Positions 9,762-17,820 of a stretch of DNA of 45,998 nt are shown piece after piece. The position numbers and the translations under genes are program-made. Location of the stretch: the NCBI GenBank assembly GCA_945883775.1, contig CAMCYG010000006.1:1-45998 (forward strand), in the 5' to 3' direction. Each line of letters starts with the position of its first letter. The first letter of the stretch is position 1. Under the pieces are notes generated by a model, which was not told the DNA's origin, did no database searches, and saw only the letters and a list, made by a program, of their open reading frames with translations. The stretch is from Victivallis vadensis. GTDB taxonomy: Bacteria; Verrucomicrobiota; Kiritimatiellia; UBA8416; CAMCYG01.

Positions 9762-11094
9762 CAGCCCGATCCAGGGAATACGCCTCCCCGGCGGCCTCTC
9801 GGTCGCCCGGCTCAAGCGCGCCATCCGCCTGGGCATTCGCAGCCTCTGGTTGCATCGCCTTCGCTCGCTGCTCACCGTCCTGGGTATCGTCTTTGGGGTG
9901 TGTTCGGTGATCTCGATGCTGGCCATCGGTGAAGGGGCCAGTTACGAAGCGCAGGAACAGATTAAGAGTCTGGGCAGTCAGAACATCATTCTTCGCAGCA
10001 TCAAGCCCCCTGCCAGTGAGAAAGTCTCCAACGAAGGGGGACAGAGTTATGTGCTCCAATACGGCATCACCTATCCCGATGTCGGACGCATTCGTGCCAC
10101 CATCCCCGGTGTCACGGTTATCCTGCCGGCCCGCAGCATGCGGGATTACGTCTGGAACATCACCCGTCGTGTGGATTGTGAAATCATCGGCACGGTTCCC
10201 TGGTATCCGTCCATGCGCAACCACCGCGTGGTCAGCGGCCGGTTCTTTTCCCAGGATGAAATGGACCGCCAGAGCAGCGTCTGTGTTCTGGGTGCCGAGA
10301 TGGTACCCCTGCTGTTTCCGTTAAAGTCACCCCTGGGCGGGCATGTCCGTGTTGGCGGCGACTATTATCAGGTCATTGGCGTAATGGAGGCACGGGGGGG
10401 CTCGGGCGGAACGGGCGGAACGGACGGGGCGGCGGAACGGAAGGACAAATCCGCAGCCTGCCGCATGTTCATTCCCCTGGAGACGGCCAAGCTCCGATAT
10501 GGCGAGGTTTTGATGCGGCGCCGAAGCGGCAGTTTTGAGGCCGAGCGTGTCCAGCTTCATGAACTGACAGTCAAGGTGGCGTCGCTGGACGAGGTCATGA
10601 ATGTCGCCGGCGCGATTAAGGCGGTCATGGAGCGTAACCACAAGAACAAGGATTACCAGATTGACGTTCCCCTGGAGATGCTCCGCCGCGCGGAGCGGAC
10701 CAAGCATATCTTCAATATCGTGTTGGGCTCCATCGCCGCCATTTCACTCCTGGTTGGCGGCATCGGCATTATGAACATCATGCTTGCCAGCGTGACCGAA
10801 CGAACGCGGGAAATCGGAATCCGGCGTGCCCTTGGCGCCCGGCGGCGGGACATCATTGTCCAGTTCCTTGTGGAAACCGTGTTGCTCTCCGGTATCGGCG
10901 GCATCATCGGTGTGCTGCTTGGCATCACCATTCCCCTCATTGTCTCCCACGCCGCCGGCATGAAAACCATTATCACGCTCTGGTCGCCGCTGCTGGCATT
11001 CGGTATCTCGGCGTTGGTAGGGGTCATATTCGGCATCTATCCGGCCTTTCGCGCCGCCAACATGGACCCCGTTGAAGCGCTGCGGAACGAATGA
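9748..11094 (+). CDS. ABC transporter permease (MacB/FtsX type)
   Basis: [13 protein letters not shown]; [28 protein letters not shown]; [18 protein letters not shown]. Start at ATG 9748 overlapping the ATPase gene. Confidence 0.93.
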   Translation: MSATSSPIQGIRLPGGLSVARLKRAIRLGIRSLWLHRLRSLLTVLGIVFGVCSVISMLAIGEGASYEAQEQIKSLGSQNIILRSIKPPASEKVSNEGGQSYVLQYGITYPDVGRIRATIPGVTVILPARSMRDYVWNITRRVDCEIIGTVPWYPSMRNHRVVSGRFFSQDEMDRQSSVCVLGAEMVPLLFPLKSPLGGHVRVGGDYYQVIGVMEARGGSGGTGGTDGAAERKDKSAACRMFIPLETAKLRYGEVLMRRRSGSFEAERVQLHELTVKVASLDEVMNVAGAIKAVMERNHKNKDYQIDVPLEMLRRAERTKHIFNIVLGSIAAISLLVGGIGIMNIMLASVTERTREIGIRRALGARRRDIIVQFLVETVLLSGIGGIIGVLLGITIPLIVSHAAGMKTIITLWSPLLAFGISALVGVIFGIYPAFRAANMDPVEALRNE

Positions 11095-11532
11095 TTGGAT
11101 TCCTTGAATTTGGATGGTCTCCCGCCAGCGCCATTTCCAATTTATTCGGAGTATCGCGAGGTAGGGTAACAGCGTTTTTCCTCGAACCCCCTGAGATTCT
11201 AAAGTATGTTCAACCACCAAAGACAAAAATCATGATGACGCCACTTTCTTCTCCATGGAAGGACCTTGACCGCCGGAGCACCATCGGCTTTCTCCTGGCG
11301 CACACCCTCCTCACCCTTCTCGGCGCGGGCCTGCGGCAATCTGGAACGTGGCTTTGCGCGTGTCCGGTGTGATCACTGCAAACATGAGTATTTGCTGGCT
11401 TTTTCCTGCCGGGGAAGGTGGTTCTGTCCCTCCTGCCACCAGAAGAAGGTCCAGCTCTTCGGCGCACTGCTCACCGAGACAATTCTTTATCCCGTTCCGC
11501 ACCGTCACTTCACTATGGGCATTCCCAAGATG

Positions 11533-11558
11533 ACAACGTCCCTGAGCCTGTCGAAGGG
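11533..11558. mobile_element. 26-bp mini-insertion (core GTCCCTGAGCCTGTCGAAG)
   Basis: Removing it restores CCC AAG ATG CTA CGC (PKMLR); no target duplication. Confidence 0.8.
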
Positions 11559-11650
11559 CTACGCGTTTGGGTACACTCCGGCTTCAATGTGTATCGTAGC
11601 CGGCGGGTGATGCCGACTGAACGGAAGGATCCGCCTTCGCGCTTCGCTTG

Positions 11651-11790
11651 CTGACCTGAAACAAGAAAAGTCAGAGCATCGCGCCAAGACGCCAAGTGCG
11701 CCAAGAATACTTTGCGATCTTTGCGCCTTTGCGCGAGATAATCTTCTCTTTGTTTCTTCAATGAATAATCCGGACAACGGCCGGTGGCGG
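11651..11790 (+). repeat. 140-bp perfect inverted repeat, left copy
   Basis: Exact reverse complement of 13188-13327; contains an imperfect hairpin of 8-9-mer repeats (CGCCAAG x3 / CTTTGCG x3, 11679-11736). Confidence 0.95.
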
Positions 11791-11830
11791 AACTACGGCG
11801 GGACAAGTCTGGAGCGGCTGGCGCAATATA

Positions 11831-11866
11831 CCCGCCTGCAACGCTGTGCGTAGCACTGCGGGCAGG
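11831..11866. mobile_element. 36-bp hairpin mini-insertion CCCGCCTGCAACGCTGTGCGTAGCACTGCGGGCAGG
   Basis: Removing it restores CAA TAT ATC ATC CGC (QYIIR); a 34/36-identical copy is at 34920-34989 once its inner insert is removed. Confidence 0.85.
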
Positions 11867-11902
11867 TCATCCGCAACCCGTTTTCTGTTGAGAAAATGCA
11901 GA

Positions 11903-11976
11903 ATAATTGCCGATTGATGAGTGTCGATTGATGATTGAATAAGAGAGATTGGAATCGTCGATCTGCAATCGTCAAT
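11903..11976. repeat. 7-bp tandem repeat arrays (inverted pair) downstream of the four-helix-bundle gene
   Basis: attgccg attgatg agtgtcg attgatg attgaat ... cgtcgat ctgcaat cgtcaat. Confidence 0.8.
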
Positions 11977-12324
11977 TATTTTGGGAGGCGGTTTTACGGC
12001 TTGGGACCATGATAGCGGTGATCTCATTGGCTTCTGTCAACAAATCAGTGACCATGTTCTCAGGAAGGAGCTTTCCTTCATTTATCAATTCGAGCCAGAG
12101 CACGGTTTCGTCAGCTTCTCCACGACGATGGAAAGCTTGGAAATAAATTCAGCTTTGGATCGGGCCCTGCAGGCTGCGCGGTAGTTAGCAGCAACGGAAC
12201 TTGCCGATCGCATGATCTGATCGGCAATTACTCTGCCTTGTATAGACTTTGGCAGGTGCTCGATCAGGCGCATGATTTTCAGCGCTAAATCCTTACTTCG
12301 TCCTTTCAATGCTTCTTGATTCAT
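11972..12324 (-). pseudogene. Four-helix-bundle protein (23S rRNA IVP-like family), frameshifted
   Basis: MNQEALKGRSKDLAL...DQIMRSASSVAANYRAACRARSKAEFISKLSIVVE, then a 1-nt loss near 12117; the other frame continues EADETVLWLELI...EANEITAIM...KTASQNN*. Confidence 0.88.
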
Positions 12325-12371
12325 GTCGTAGACAGTAGACCATCGTTTGGCGATTATCAATCTGCATGTGT

Positions 12372-12407
12372 CATAAATCGGCAATCAGCAATCGACAATC
12401 ATCAATT
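12372..12407. repeat. 7-bp tandem repeat array upstream of the four-helix-bundle gene
   Basis: cataaat cggcaat cagcaat cgacaat catcaat. Confidence 0.85.
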
Positions 12408-12496
12408 AGCTTATACCTTCCACTGGCCCGGAATTTGAGAGGGGTCACTCGTCAATAGACATTGAATAGACGTGCGTAGTATGAGATGATGTCTGA

Positions 12497-12637
12497 ATGG
12501 CAAGACCATTAAGGATAGATGTCAAGGATGGCTGGTATCATGTGTCCGCGCGTGGAATAGAGCGTAGGGAGATATTCGACGGCGGCAGGGATAACGAGCA
12601 TTTTCTTTTGTCCAGACGTGTCCCGCGAGCATTCTGA
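12497..12637 (+). pseudogene. REP-associated tyrosine transposase (RAYT / Y1 HUH) N-terminal fragment
   Basis: MARPLRIDVKDGWYHVSARGIERREIFDGGRDNEHFL is a typical Y1/RAYT start (MAR.LR....G.YHV..RG..R..IF); it ends before the HUH motif. Confidence 0.8.
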
Positions 12638-12761
12638 AGGGACTATACTGGTAGTGGGCGATAGCAGAACCTTGAGAATCGCAATATTCAGTGATGTTCC
12701 CGTTTGCGACCTCAAAGAAAGCGGCTGAAAGGATTGTTTCTTGCAAAGCCGAAGCCTCGGC

Positions 12762-13217
12762 TTACTTGCCCCTGCAGACTTTGAAACCTTCGATCTGCTT
12801 GGACGGCTGGGGATCTTGCATCAACTGGCGGATGGCATCGAAGACAATTTTTAAATGCTGATCATACTTGCCTTCCAGCGCATTGACCTTCCGGGCAAGG
12901 GCTTCAACAGACAGGGCCATGCGGCGCAGTTTGACGAAGGCGGTGACCACGGTGATGCTCATTTTAATAGCCTTTGAACTGTTTAAAACGTTTGCAGCCA
13001 TAATGGCACCGTGTTCGGTGAAAACATAAGGGATATAGCGTCGGCCTCCACGAGTGTTTGAGGTCGCAAATTGCGACCTCAAAAGTTCCCACTCTGATTC
13101 GGTCAATTGAAACATGAATGATTCCGGGAACCGTTCCTTGTTGCGCTTGACCTGCTCATTGAGTCTTTTGACCGTTATCCCATAGTCCCGCCACCGGCCG
13201 TTGTCCGGATTATTCAT
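12762..13217 (-). CDS. ORF6N (KilA-N-like) domain protein whose N-terminus is supplied by the 140-bp repeat
   Basis: YGITVKRLNEQVKRNKERFPESFMFQLT...LRSQFATS...PYVFTEHGAIMAANVLNS; the first 10 codons (MNNPDNGRWR) lie inside the repeat and the usual IRG..V.LD.DLA start is absent. Confidence 0.8.
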   Translation of the reverse strand: MNNPDNGRWRDYGITVKRLNEQVKRNKERFPESFMFQLTESEWELLRSQFATSNTRGGRRYIPYVFTEHGAIMAANVLNSSKAIKMSITVVTAFVKLRRMALSVEALARKVNALEGKYDQHLKIVFDAIRQLMQDPQPSKQIEGFKVCRGK

Positions 13218-13327
13218 TGAAGAAACAAAGAGAAGATTATCTCGCGCAAAGGCGCAAAGATCGCAAAGTATTCTTGGCGCACTTGGCGTCTTGGCGCGAT
13301 GCTCTGACTTTTCTTGTTTCAGGTCAG
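13188..13327 (-). repeat. 140-bp perfect inverted repeat, right copy
   Basis: Exact reverse complement of 11651-11790. Confidence 0.95.
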
Positions 13328-13546
13328 AGTGCGGCCAGATCGGAATCGAGAATCACAGCCTGGCCGCGGATGCGGGTAATGGCTTTGTCGGGTGTTTGTT
13401 TGACAGGTAGATTGGGCATGTAATATTCCTTTTGACCAGAAACTACCAAAAGCCTGGATTTCTGCATGTAGGGCTTTTGTAGGGTTGTGGCATTTTATTA
13501 ATCTTGAATTGCTAGCAGTAATGCTGATAATTTCCATTTTCTGGAG

Positions 13547-14374
13547 ATGAATATGACCAAACAGATAAAGATAGGGAATGTCAGTATCGGAGGCGATGCG
13601 CCGTTGGCGCTGATTGCAGGCCCGTGTGTCATTGAATCGCTGGATATTTGTCTGAAAATCGCTGAAAAACTCAAGGAATTATCTGAAAAGCATAAGATAC
13701 CGTTGATTTTTAAGGCTTCATATGACAAGGCTAACAGGACATCATTCAAATCATACCGCGGGCCCGGCATCAAGAAGGGTCTGAAAATCCTGGCAGAAGT
13801 CGGCAAAGAATTCGGCCTTCCGATCCTGACGGATGTCCATTCTGTCGAAGAGGTAAAAATGGCAGGGGATGAGGTCGATGTTATCCAGATTCCGGCATTT
13901 CTTTGCAGACAGACAGACTTGCTTTTGGCGGCGGGTAAGACGAAGAAGCCCGTTAATGTGAAGAAAGGACAGTTTCTTGCGCCCTGGGATGTCCAGCATA
14001 TCATCCAGAAGATAGAGAGTACCGGCAATAAGCAGATAATACTTACGGAGCGAGGGAGCAGTTTCGGCTATAATACGCTTATCGTGGATATGAAGAGTCT
14101 GCCGCAGATGGCCGCTTTGGGCTATCCTGTAATATTTGATGCGACTCATAGTGTACAGAAGCCCGGTGGACATGGCAGTATGTCGGGCGGGGACAGGACG
14201 ATGGTCCCGTGTCTTGCCAGGGCGGCAGTGGCGGCCGGATGCAATGGGGTGTTCCTTGAGACGCATACGAACCCCGATAAGGCTTTATCGGACAGGGACA
14301 ATTCAATCGATGTGGATGGGATAGGCAGGTTATGGGACGTCCTGGTTAAGATCAACGATGCGGTGCAGGGATGA
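13547..14374 (+). CDS. kdsA: 3-deoxy-8-phosphooctulonate (KDO8P) synthase
   Basis: IAGPCVIE, KASYDKANRTS, QIPAFLCRQTDLL, NVKKGQF, DATHSVQ. Confidence 0.97.
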   Translation: MNMTKQIKIGNVSIGGDAPLALIAGPCVIESLDICLKIAEKLKELSEKHKIPLIFKASYDKANRTSFKSYRGPGIKKGLKILAEVGKEFGLPILTDVHSVEEVKMAGDEVDVIQIPAFLCRQTDLLLAAGKTKKPVNVKKGQFLAPWDVQHIIQKIESTGNKQIILTERGSSFGYNTLIVDMKSLPQMAALGYPVIFDATHSVQKPGGHGSMSGGDRTMVPCLARAAVAAGCNGVFLETHTNPDKALSDRDNSIDVDGIGRLWDVLVKINDAVQG

Positions 14375-14967
14375 TCACCAAGCATCTGTTTTTAGTCATG
14401 ATGCTGATTCTGCCGGTTACGTGTCTGGTGTCATGTGGCGATTCCAGAAGCTCCAAAGCGAAAGTCAATGTGACAATGACCAGCGGTGGTTTTGTCAAAG
14501 TAGATGAGCCTGACAAGAAGACAGGTTTAACCGCAACGAGTGCGACAAGTATTGTATCTTCGGCAGCCGAAGGATCGGGCGCTGATATGGTGCAGCAGCC
14601 TTATGTGCAGGGGTTGCGTCTGCCGGTAGAGTATTTTCCGGATGGCAGTATCAAGACCCAGTTGAATGCTGATGAAGCGAAAGTCAGCCAGACTAACGGA
14701 GTGATTTTTGCAAAAGGGCTGAGGTTTGATATGTTCGATCAAAAAGGTGCTTCCGAGATGACGGTTATCACGCCTGACTGTACGTTTGACCGGGTTGCTG
14801 GAAAGGCTTTTTCAGATGAGAAAGTGACGATGGAGAAGCAGGGTCTGACGATAAAAGGGACTGGGTATCTATGGGATACGATCGGACAGAAGATGAATTT
14901 ATATTCCGACGTGACTGTTGTGGTAAACAGGCGTGTCGTTGGTAATTCGAAGGGGTTGTTAAGATGA
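14371..14967 (+). CDS. lptC: LPS export protein LptC-like
   Basis: N-terminal anchor and beta-jellyroll-like C-terminus (SDEKVTMEKQGLTIKGTGYLWD); between kdsA and lptA. Confidence 0.7.
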   Translation: MITKHLFLVMMLILPVTCLVSCGDSRSSKAKVNVTMTSGGFVKVDEPDKKTGLTATSATSIVSSAAEGSGADMVQQPYVQGLRLPVEYFPDGSIKTQLNADEAKVSQTNGVIFAKGLRFDMFDQKGASEMTVITPDCTFDRVAGKAFSDEKVTMEKQGLTIKGTGYLWDTIGQKMNLYSDVTVVVNRRVVGNSKGLLR

Positions 14968-15488
14968 GAGTTGTCATTGTTTTCTTATGCGTATTTCTTT
15001 CCGTGGCGTTGCATGGTGCCGAGCCATCCTTTGCAAAGGTCGGGGCTACTAAGATAACGTCGAAGACTCTTGAGTTCGACTACAAGAGGTATATTGCGAT
15101 TTTTAAGGGTAACGTAGAGGTTGATGATGCTCAGGTCAACATCAGAGGCGATGAGATGAGGGTTTTCTTTGACGGCACGAATAGCATCAAGGCGGTCACA
15201 GCGCTGGGCAACGTGAAGATAAAACAAGTCGATAAGACCGCGTCTTGCAGTAAGGCGATATATACAGCGGTAGACGGTCAGATTGTAATGACCGGCAAGG
15301 TGCTGTTGAATAGCGAAGGCAATACTATTAACGGGGACCGGATTGTGATTTGGACGAATGATGAGCGGATGATATGCGAGCCGGCCACTCTGGTGATAAA
15401 GTCTTCTGGCAAGGCCGGCAAAGGCACGAGATCCAGCCCGCTGTTTCCCTCGCAAAAGAAAACCCCAGTAAGTACGGAGCCGGAATAG
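14964..15488 (+). CDS. lptA: LPS transport periplasmic protein LptA
   Basis: Signal peptide; ITSKTLEFD, AIFKGNVEV, ALGNVKI, INGDRI; directly upstream of lptB. Confidence 0.85.
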   Translation: MRVVIVFLCVFLSVALHGAEPSFAKVGATKITSKTLEFDYKRYIAIFKGNVEVDDAQVNIRGDEMRVFFDGTNSIKAVTALGNVKIKQVDKTASCSKAIYTAVDGQIVMTGKVLLNSEGNTINGDRIVIWTNDERMICEPATLVIKSSGKAGKGTRSSPLFPSQKKTPVSTEPE

Positions 15489-15489
15489 A

Positions 15490-16236
15490 ATGAATGACAG
15501 GGTCGATAACAGTCCGCTTCTTGTCTCGGTTGAGAATGTATGCAAGAAGTATGGGGAGCGGATGGTGGTTAAGAATGTATCCCTCCACATGAAAAAGGGG
15601 GAGATCGTCGGCCTGTTGGGTCCGAACGGGGCTGGCAAAACGACAACTTTCTATATGGTAGTTGGTCTCGTGCGGCCTGATGCAGGCAAGATCAAGTTTA
15701 ATGACATGGACATAACGGGCCTGCCGGTGCATAAGCGGGCAAGGCTGGGAATGGGCTATCTCGCTCAGGAGCCATCAGTGTTCCGGAAGTTGACTGTCGA
15801 GGAGAATGTCATGGCCATACTCGAAACGCAGAACCTTAAGAAGAAGGCTCGTAACGAAAGGCTCTTCGAATTGTTGTCTGACTTGGGGCTGGAGAAGGTG
15901 GCTAAACAGAAGGCCTACACTTTGAGTGGTGGAGAGCGTCGCAAACTGGAGATAACCAGGGCGCTGGTGTCGAATCCGGCGATGATAATGCTAGACGAGC
16001 CGTTCAGCGGTGTGGACCCTTTATCGGTCAATGACATACAGGATATCATAAGGAATCTGAGCAAGCGTGGATTGGGTATACTTATTACCGACCATAATGT
16101 GCGAGAGACTCTTTCTGTTGTAACGCGGGCGTATCTGTTGTACGATGGTAAGGTTTTATGTGAAGGTGAAAGAGATTTTCTAACTAATGATGAGGCGGCG
16201 AAACGACTGTATCTTGGTGATAACTTCAAAATGTAG
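15490..16236 (+). CDS. lptB: LPS export ABC transporter ATP-binding protein
   Basis: GPNGAGKTTTFYM, YLAQEPSVFRKL, LSGGERRKLEI, LDEPFSGVDP, ITDHNVRETL. Confidence 0.97.
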   Translation: MNDRVDNSPLLVSVENVCKKYGERMVVKNVSLHMKKGEIVGLLGPNGAGKTTTFYMVVGLVRPDAGKIKFNDMDITGLPVHKRARLGMGYLAQEPSVFRKLTVEENVMAILETQNLKKKARNERLFELLSDLGLEKVAKQKAYTLSGGERRKLEITRALVSNPAMIMLDEPFSGVDPLSVNDIQDIIRNLSKRGLGILITDHNVRETLSVVTRAYLLYDGKVLCEGERDFLTNDEAAKRLYLGDNFKM

Positions 16237-16245
16237 GAGGGTTGG

Positions 16246-16572
16246 ATGTCGATTGATATTACAGTAAGGCATATGAGCATAAACGTGGCGACTCAGGATT
16301 ATGCAAGGCAGAAGGCAGAGGAACTGATGGCTGAGTTCGAGTTGCTGGAGCATGTCCATGTCATTCTTGACCACCAGAAGCATTCCACGTTTACGGAGGT
16401 GGTGGCTTTGGCCAAGAAGCATATTGCCGTTGATGGATCAGGGTCTTCCGACAAGATTGTTGTTTCAATGGACAAGGCTTTCAGCAAAGTCGAGAAGCAG
16501 TTGCGGAAGGTAACTGATAAGATTCATGATCATAAGCTTGAGATGAAGAAGAAGCTCAAGGGCAAAGCCTAG
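16246..16572 (+). CDS. hpf: Ribosome hibernation promoting factor (RaiA/HPF)
   Basis: MSIDITVRHM...YARQK...MDKAFSKVEKQLRK; canonical position after lptB. Confidence 0.88.
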   Translation: MSIDITVRHMSINVATQDYARQKAEELMAEFELLEHVHVILDHQKHSTFTEVVALAKKHIAVDGSGSSDKIVVSMDKAFSKVEKQLRKVTDKIHDHKLEMKKKLKGKA

Positions 16573-16585
16573 GAAAGGACTGCAT

Positions 16586-17545
16586 ATGCAAAGCATGAAA
16601 GAATCTGTCAGCGTCGGTTATTTTCTGCAGACTGGTATGGACAGTCTCGGAATGGAGCTTATAGCCGGTACTGCCGGGATTGACAGGAAGATAATAGAGC
16701 CGACGATAAACAGGCCGGGTTTGGCTCTGACAGGATTCTTTTCTCATTTTGCCAACAAACGAATACAGGTTATTGGACTGGCAGAGCACGCCTATTTGAC
16801 TTCTCTTCACAAGGAGGAGCGGGTCAAGAGGATAGACAAGTTCTTTGCTTCCCGGATCCCCTGTGTCATAATTACGCGAAATCAGAAAGTGTTCCCTGAT
16901 ATAGTTTCAATAGCTGAGAAGTACGGGGTCCCGGTGTTACGGACCAGGATGGTGACTAAGCATTTTGTGAATGCTGCTACCATAATACTCGAGAACCTTA
17001 ATGCTCCGCGCATGAAGGTTCAGGGCACGATGGTCGAGATAATGGGAATAGGCGTTCTGATTGAGGGTAAGCCGGGCATGGGGAAGAGCGAGGCCGCTCT
17101 GGGAGTTATTAAGAAAGGGCATGCACTGGTATCGGATGATATTACAGCGTTGAGGCTGGATAGTGCTGGTAATATAATTGGATCCCCGGTCAACATCACG
17201 CGTTATCATATGGAAATCAGAGGCTTGGGCATTATTCACGTCCCGTCTTTGTTCGGCGTGTCATCGGTCAGGGAGGATAAGGTTCTTGATCTGGTAGTGA
17301 CACTGTGTAAGCCTGGCACGAAAGATGAAGATGACAGGGGTGGTGAGCGGAAGTATCATAAAGAGCTGCTGGGCGTCAAGGTGCCTCAGATCTTTGTTCC
17401 TGTGGCGCCGGGTCGCGATCTGGCAAATGTCATCGAGACCGCCGCTCTTGACCAGAAGCTAAGGCGGTTGGGGCATGACGCAGCCAAGGAGCTGGATGCT
17501 AAGCTCGTATCCTTTTTGAGTGGAGGCAAAGACGGCAGTGAGTAA
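16586..17545 (+). CDS. hprK: HPr(Ser) kinase/phosphorylase
   Basis: INRPGLALTGF, GVLIEGKPGMGKSE, HALVSDD, MEIRGLGII, PVAPGRDLA. Confidence 0.96.
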   Translation: MQSMKESVSVGYFLQTGMDSLGMELIAGTAGIDRKIIEPTINRPGLALTGFFSHFANKRIQVIGLAEHAYLTSLHKEERVKRIDKFFASRIPCVIITRNQKVFPDIVSIAEKYGVPVLRTRMVTKHFVNAATIILENLNAPRMKVQGTMVEIMGIGVLIEGKPGMGKSEAALGVIKKGHALVSDDITALRLDSAGNIIGSPVNITRYHMEIRGLGIIHVPSLFGVSSVREDKVLDLVVTLCKPGTKDEDDRGGERKYHKELLGVKVPQIFVPVAPGRDLANVIETAALDQKLRRLGHDAAKELDAKLVSFLSGGKDGSE

Positions 17546-17816
17546 AATCAAGCTTACAAGAGAATTTACGATAAAGAACCAGTTCGGTATACATGCGCGT
17601 CCTGCTGCATTATTTGTCAAGCTGGCTTCACGGTATGATTCTGAATTGATAATCGAAAAAGATAATAACAAGGTTTCTGGCAAGAGCATAATGGGATTGC
17701 TGACGATAGAGGCTTCATTTGGGAGCAAGCTTAAAGTCACGGCCGAAGGGCATGATGCCAAGGAGCTGTTGGACGAGTTGGAGGCTCTAGTAGATAGCAA
17801 ATTTGAAGAGGAGTAA
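17538..17816 (+). CDS. ptsH: Phosphocarrier protein HPr
   Basis: GIHARPA (His15) and GKSIMGLL (Ser46); GTG start at 17538 assumed. Confidence 0.94.
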   Translation: MSKIKLTREFTIKNQFGIHARPAALFVKLASRYDSELIIEKDNNKVSGKSIMGLLTIEASFGSKLKVTAEGHDAKELLDELEALVDSKFEEE

Positions 17817-17820
17817 CCAG

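Larger units (their letters stand above)
11329..11901 (+). pseudogene. IS91-family transposase remnant (Zn-binding N-terminus plus internal fragments) carrying nested insertions
   Basis: CGNLERGFARVRCDHCKHEYLLAFSCRGRWFCPSCHQKK...PHRHFTMGIPKM|LR, WVHSGFNV...ERKD|LERLAQY|IIRNPFSVEKMQ; bars mark insertions at 11533-11558, 11630-11807 and 11831-11866. Confidence 0.88.

Noticed and set aside
11091-11372. 93-aa ORF after the permease, and ORFs inside the 140-bp repeats (11559-11777, 13201-13423)
   Set aside because: No motifs; they are read-throughs of repeat or IS remnant sequence.
12100-12125. Programmed frameshift in the four-helix-bundle gene (also DUF1080 near 3405)
   Set aside because: No slippery heptamer or homopolymer at either site; simple mutation or sequencing error is more likely.
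11972-12324. Four-helix-bundle gene as the Avd of a diversity-generating retroelement
   Set aside because: No reverse transcriptase, and no repeat pair differing specifically at adenines; the 140-bp repeats are identical.
5158-12407. Short periodic repeats as a CRISPR array
   Set aside because: Units are 7-9 bp in tandem with no unique spacers, and there are no cas genes in the window.
13400-13426. TTGACA...TAATAT promoter upstream of kdsA
   Set aside because: Spacer is only 15 nt; plausible but not supportable.
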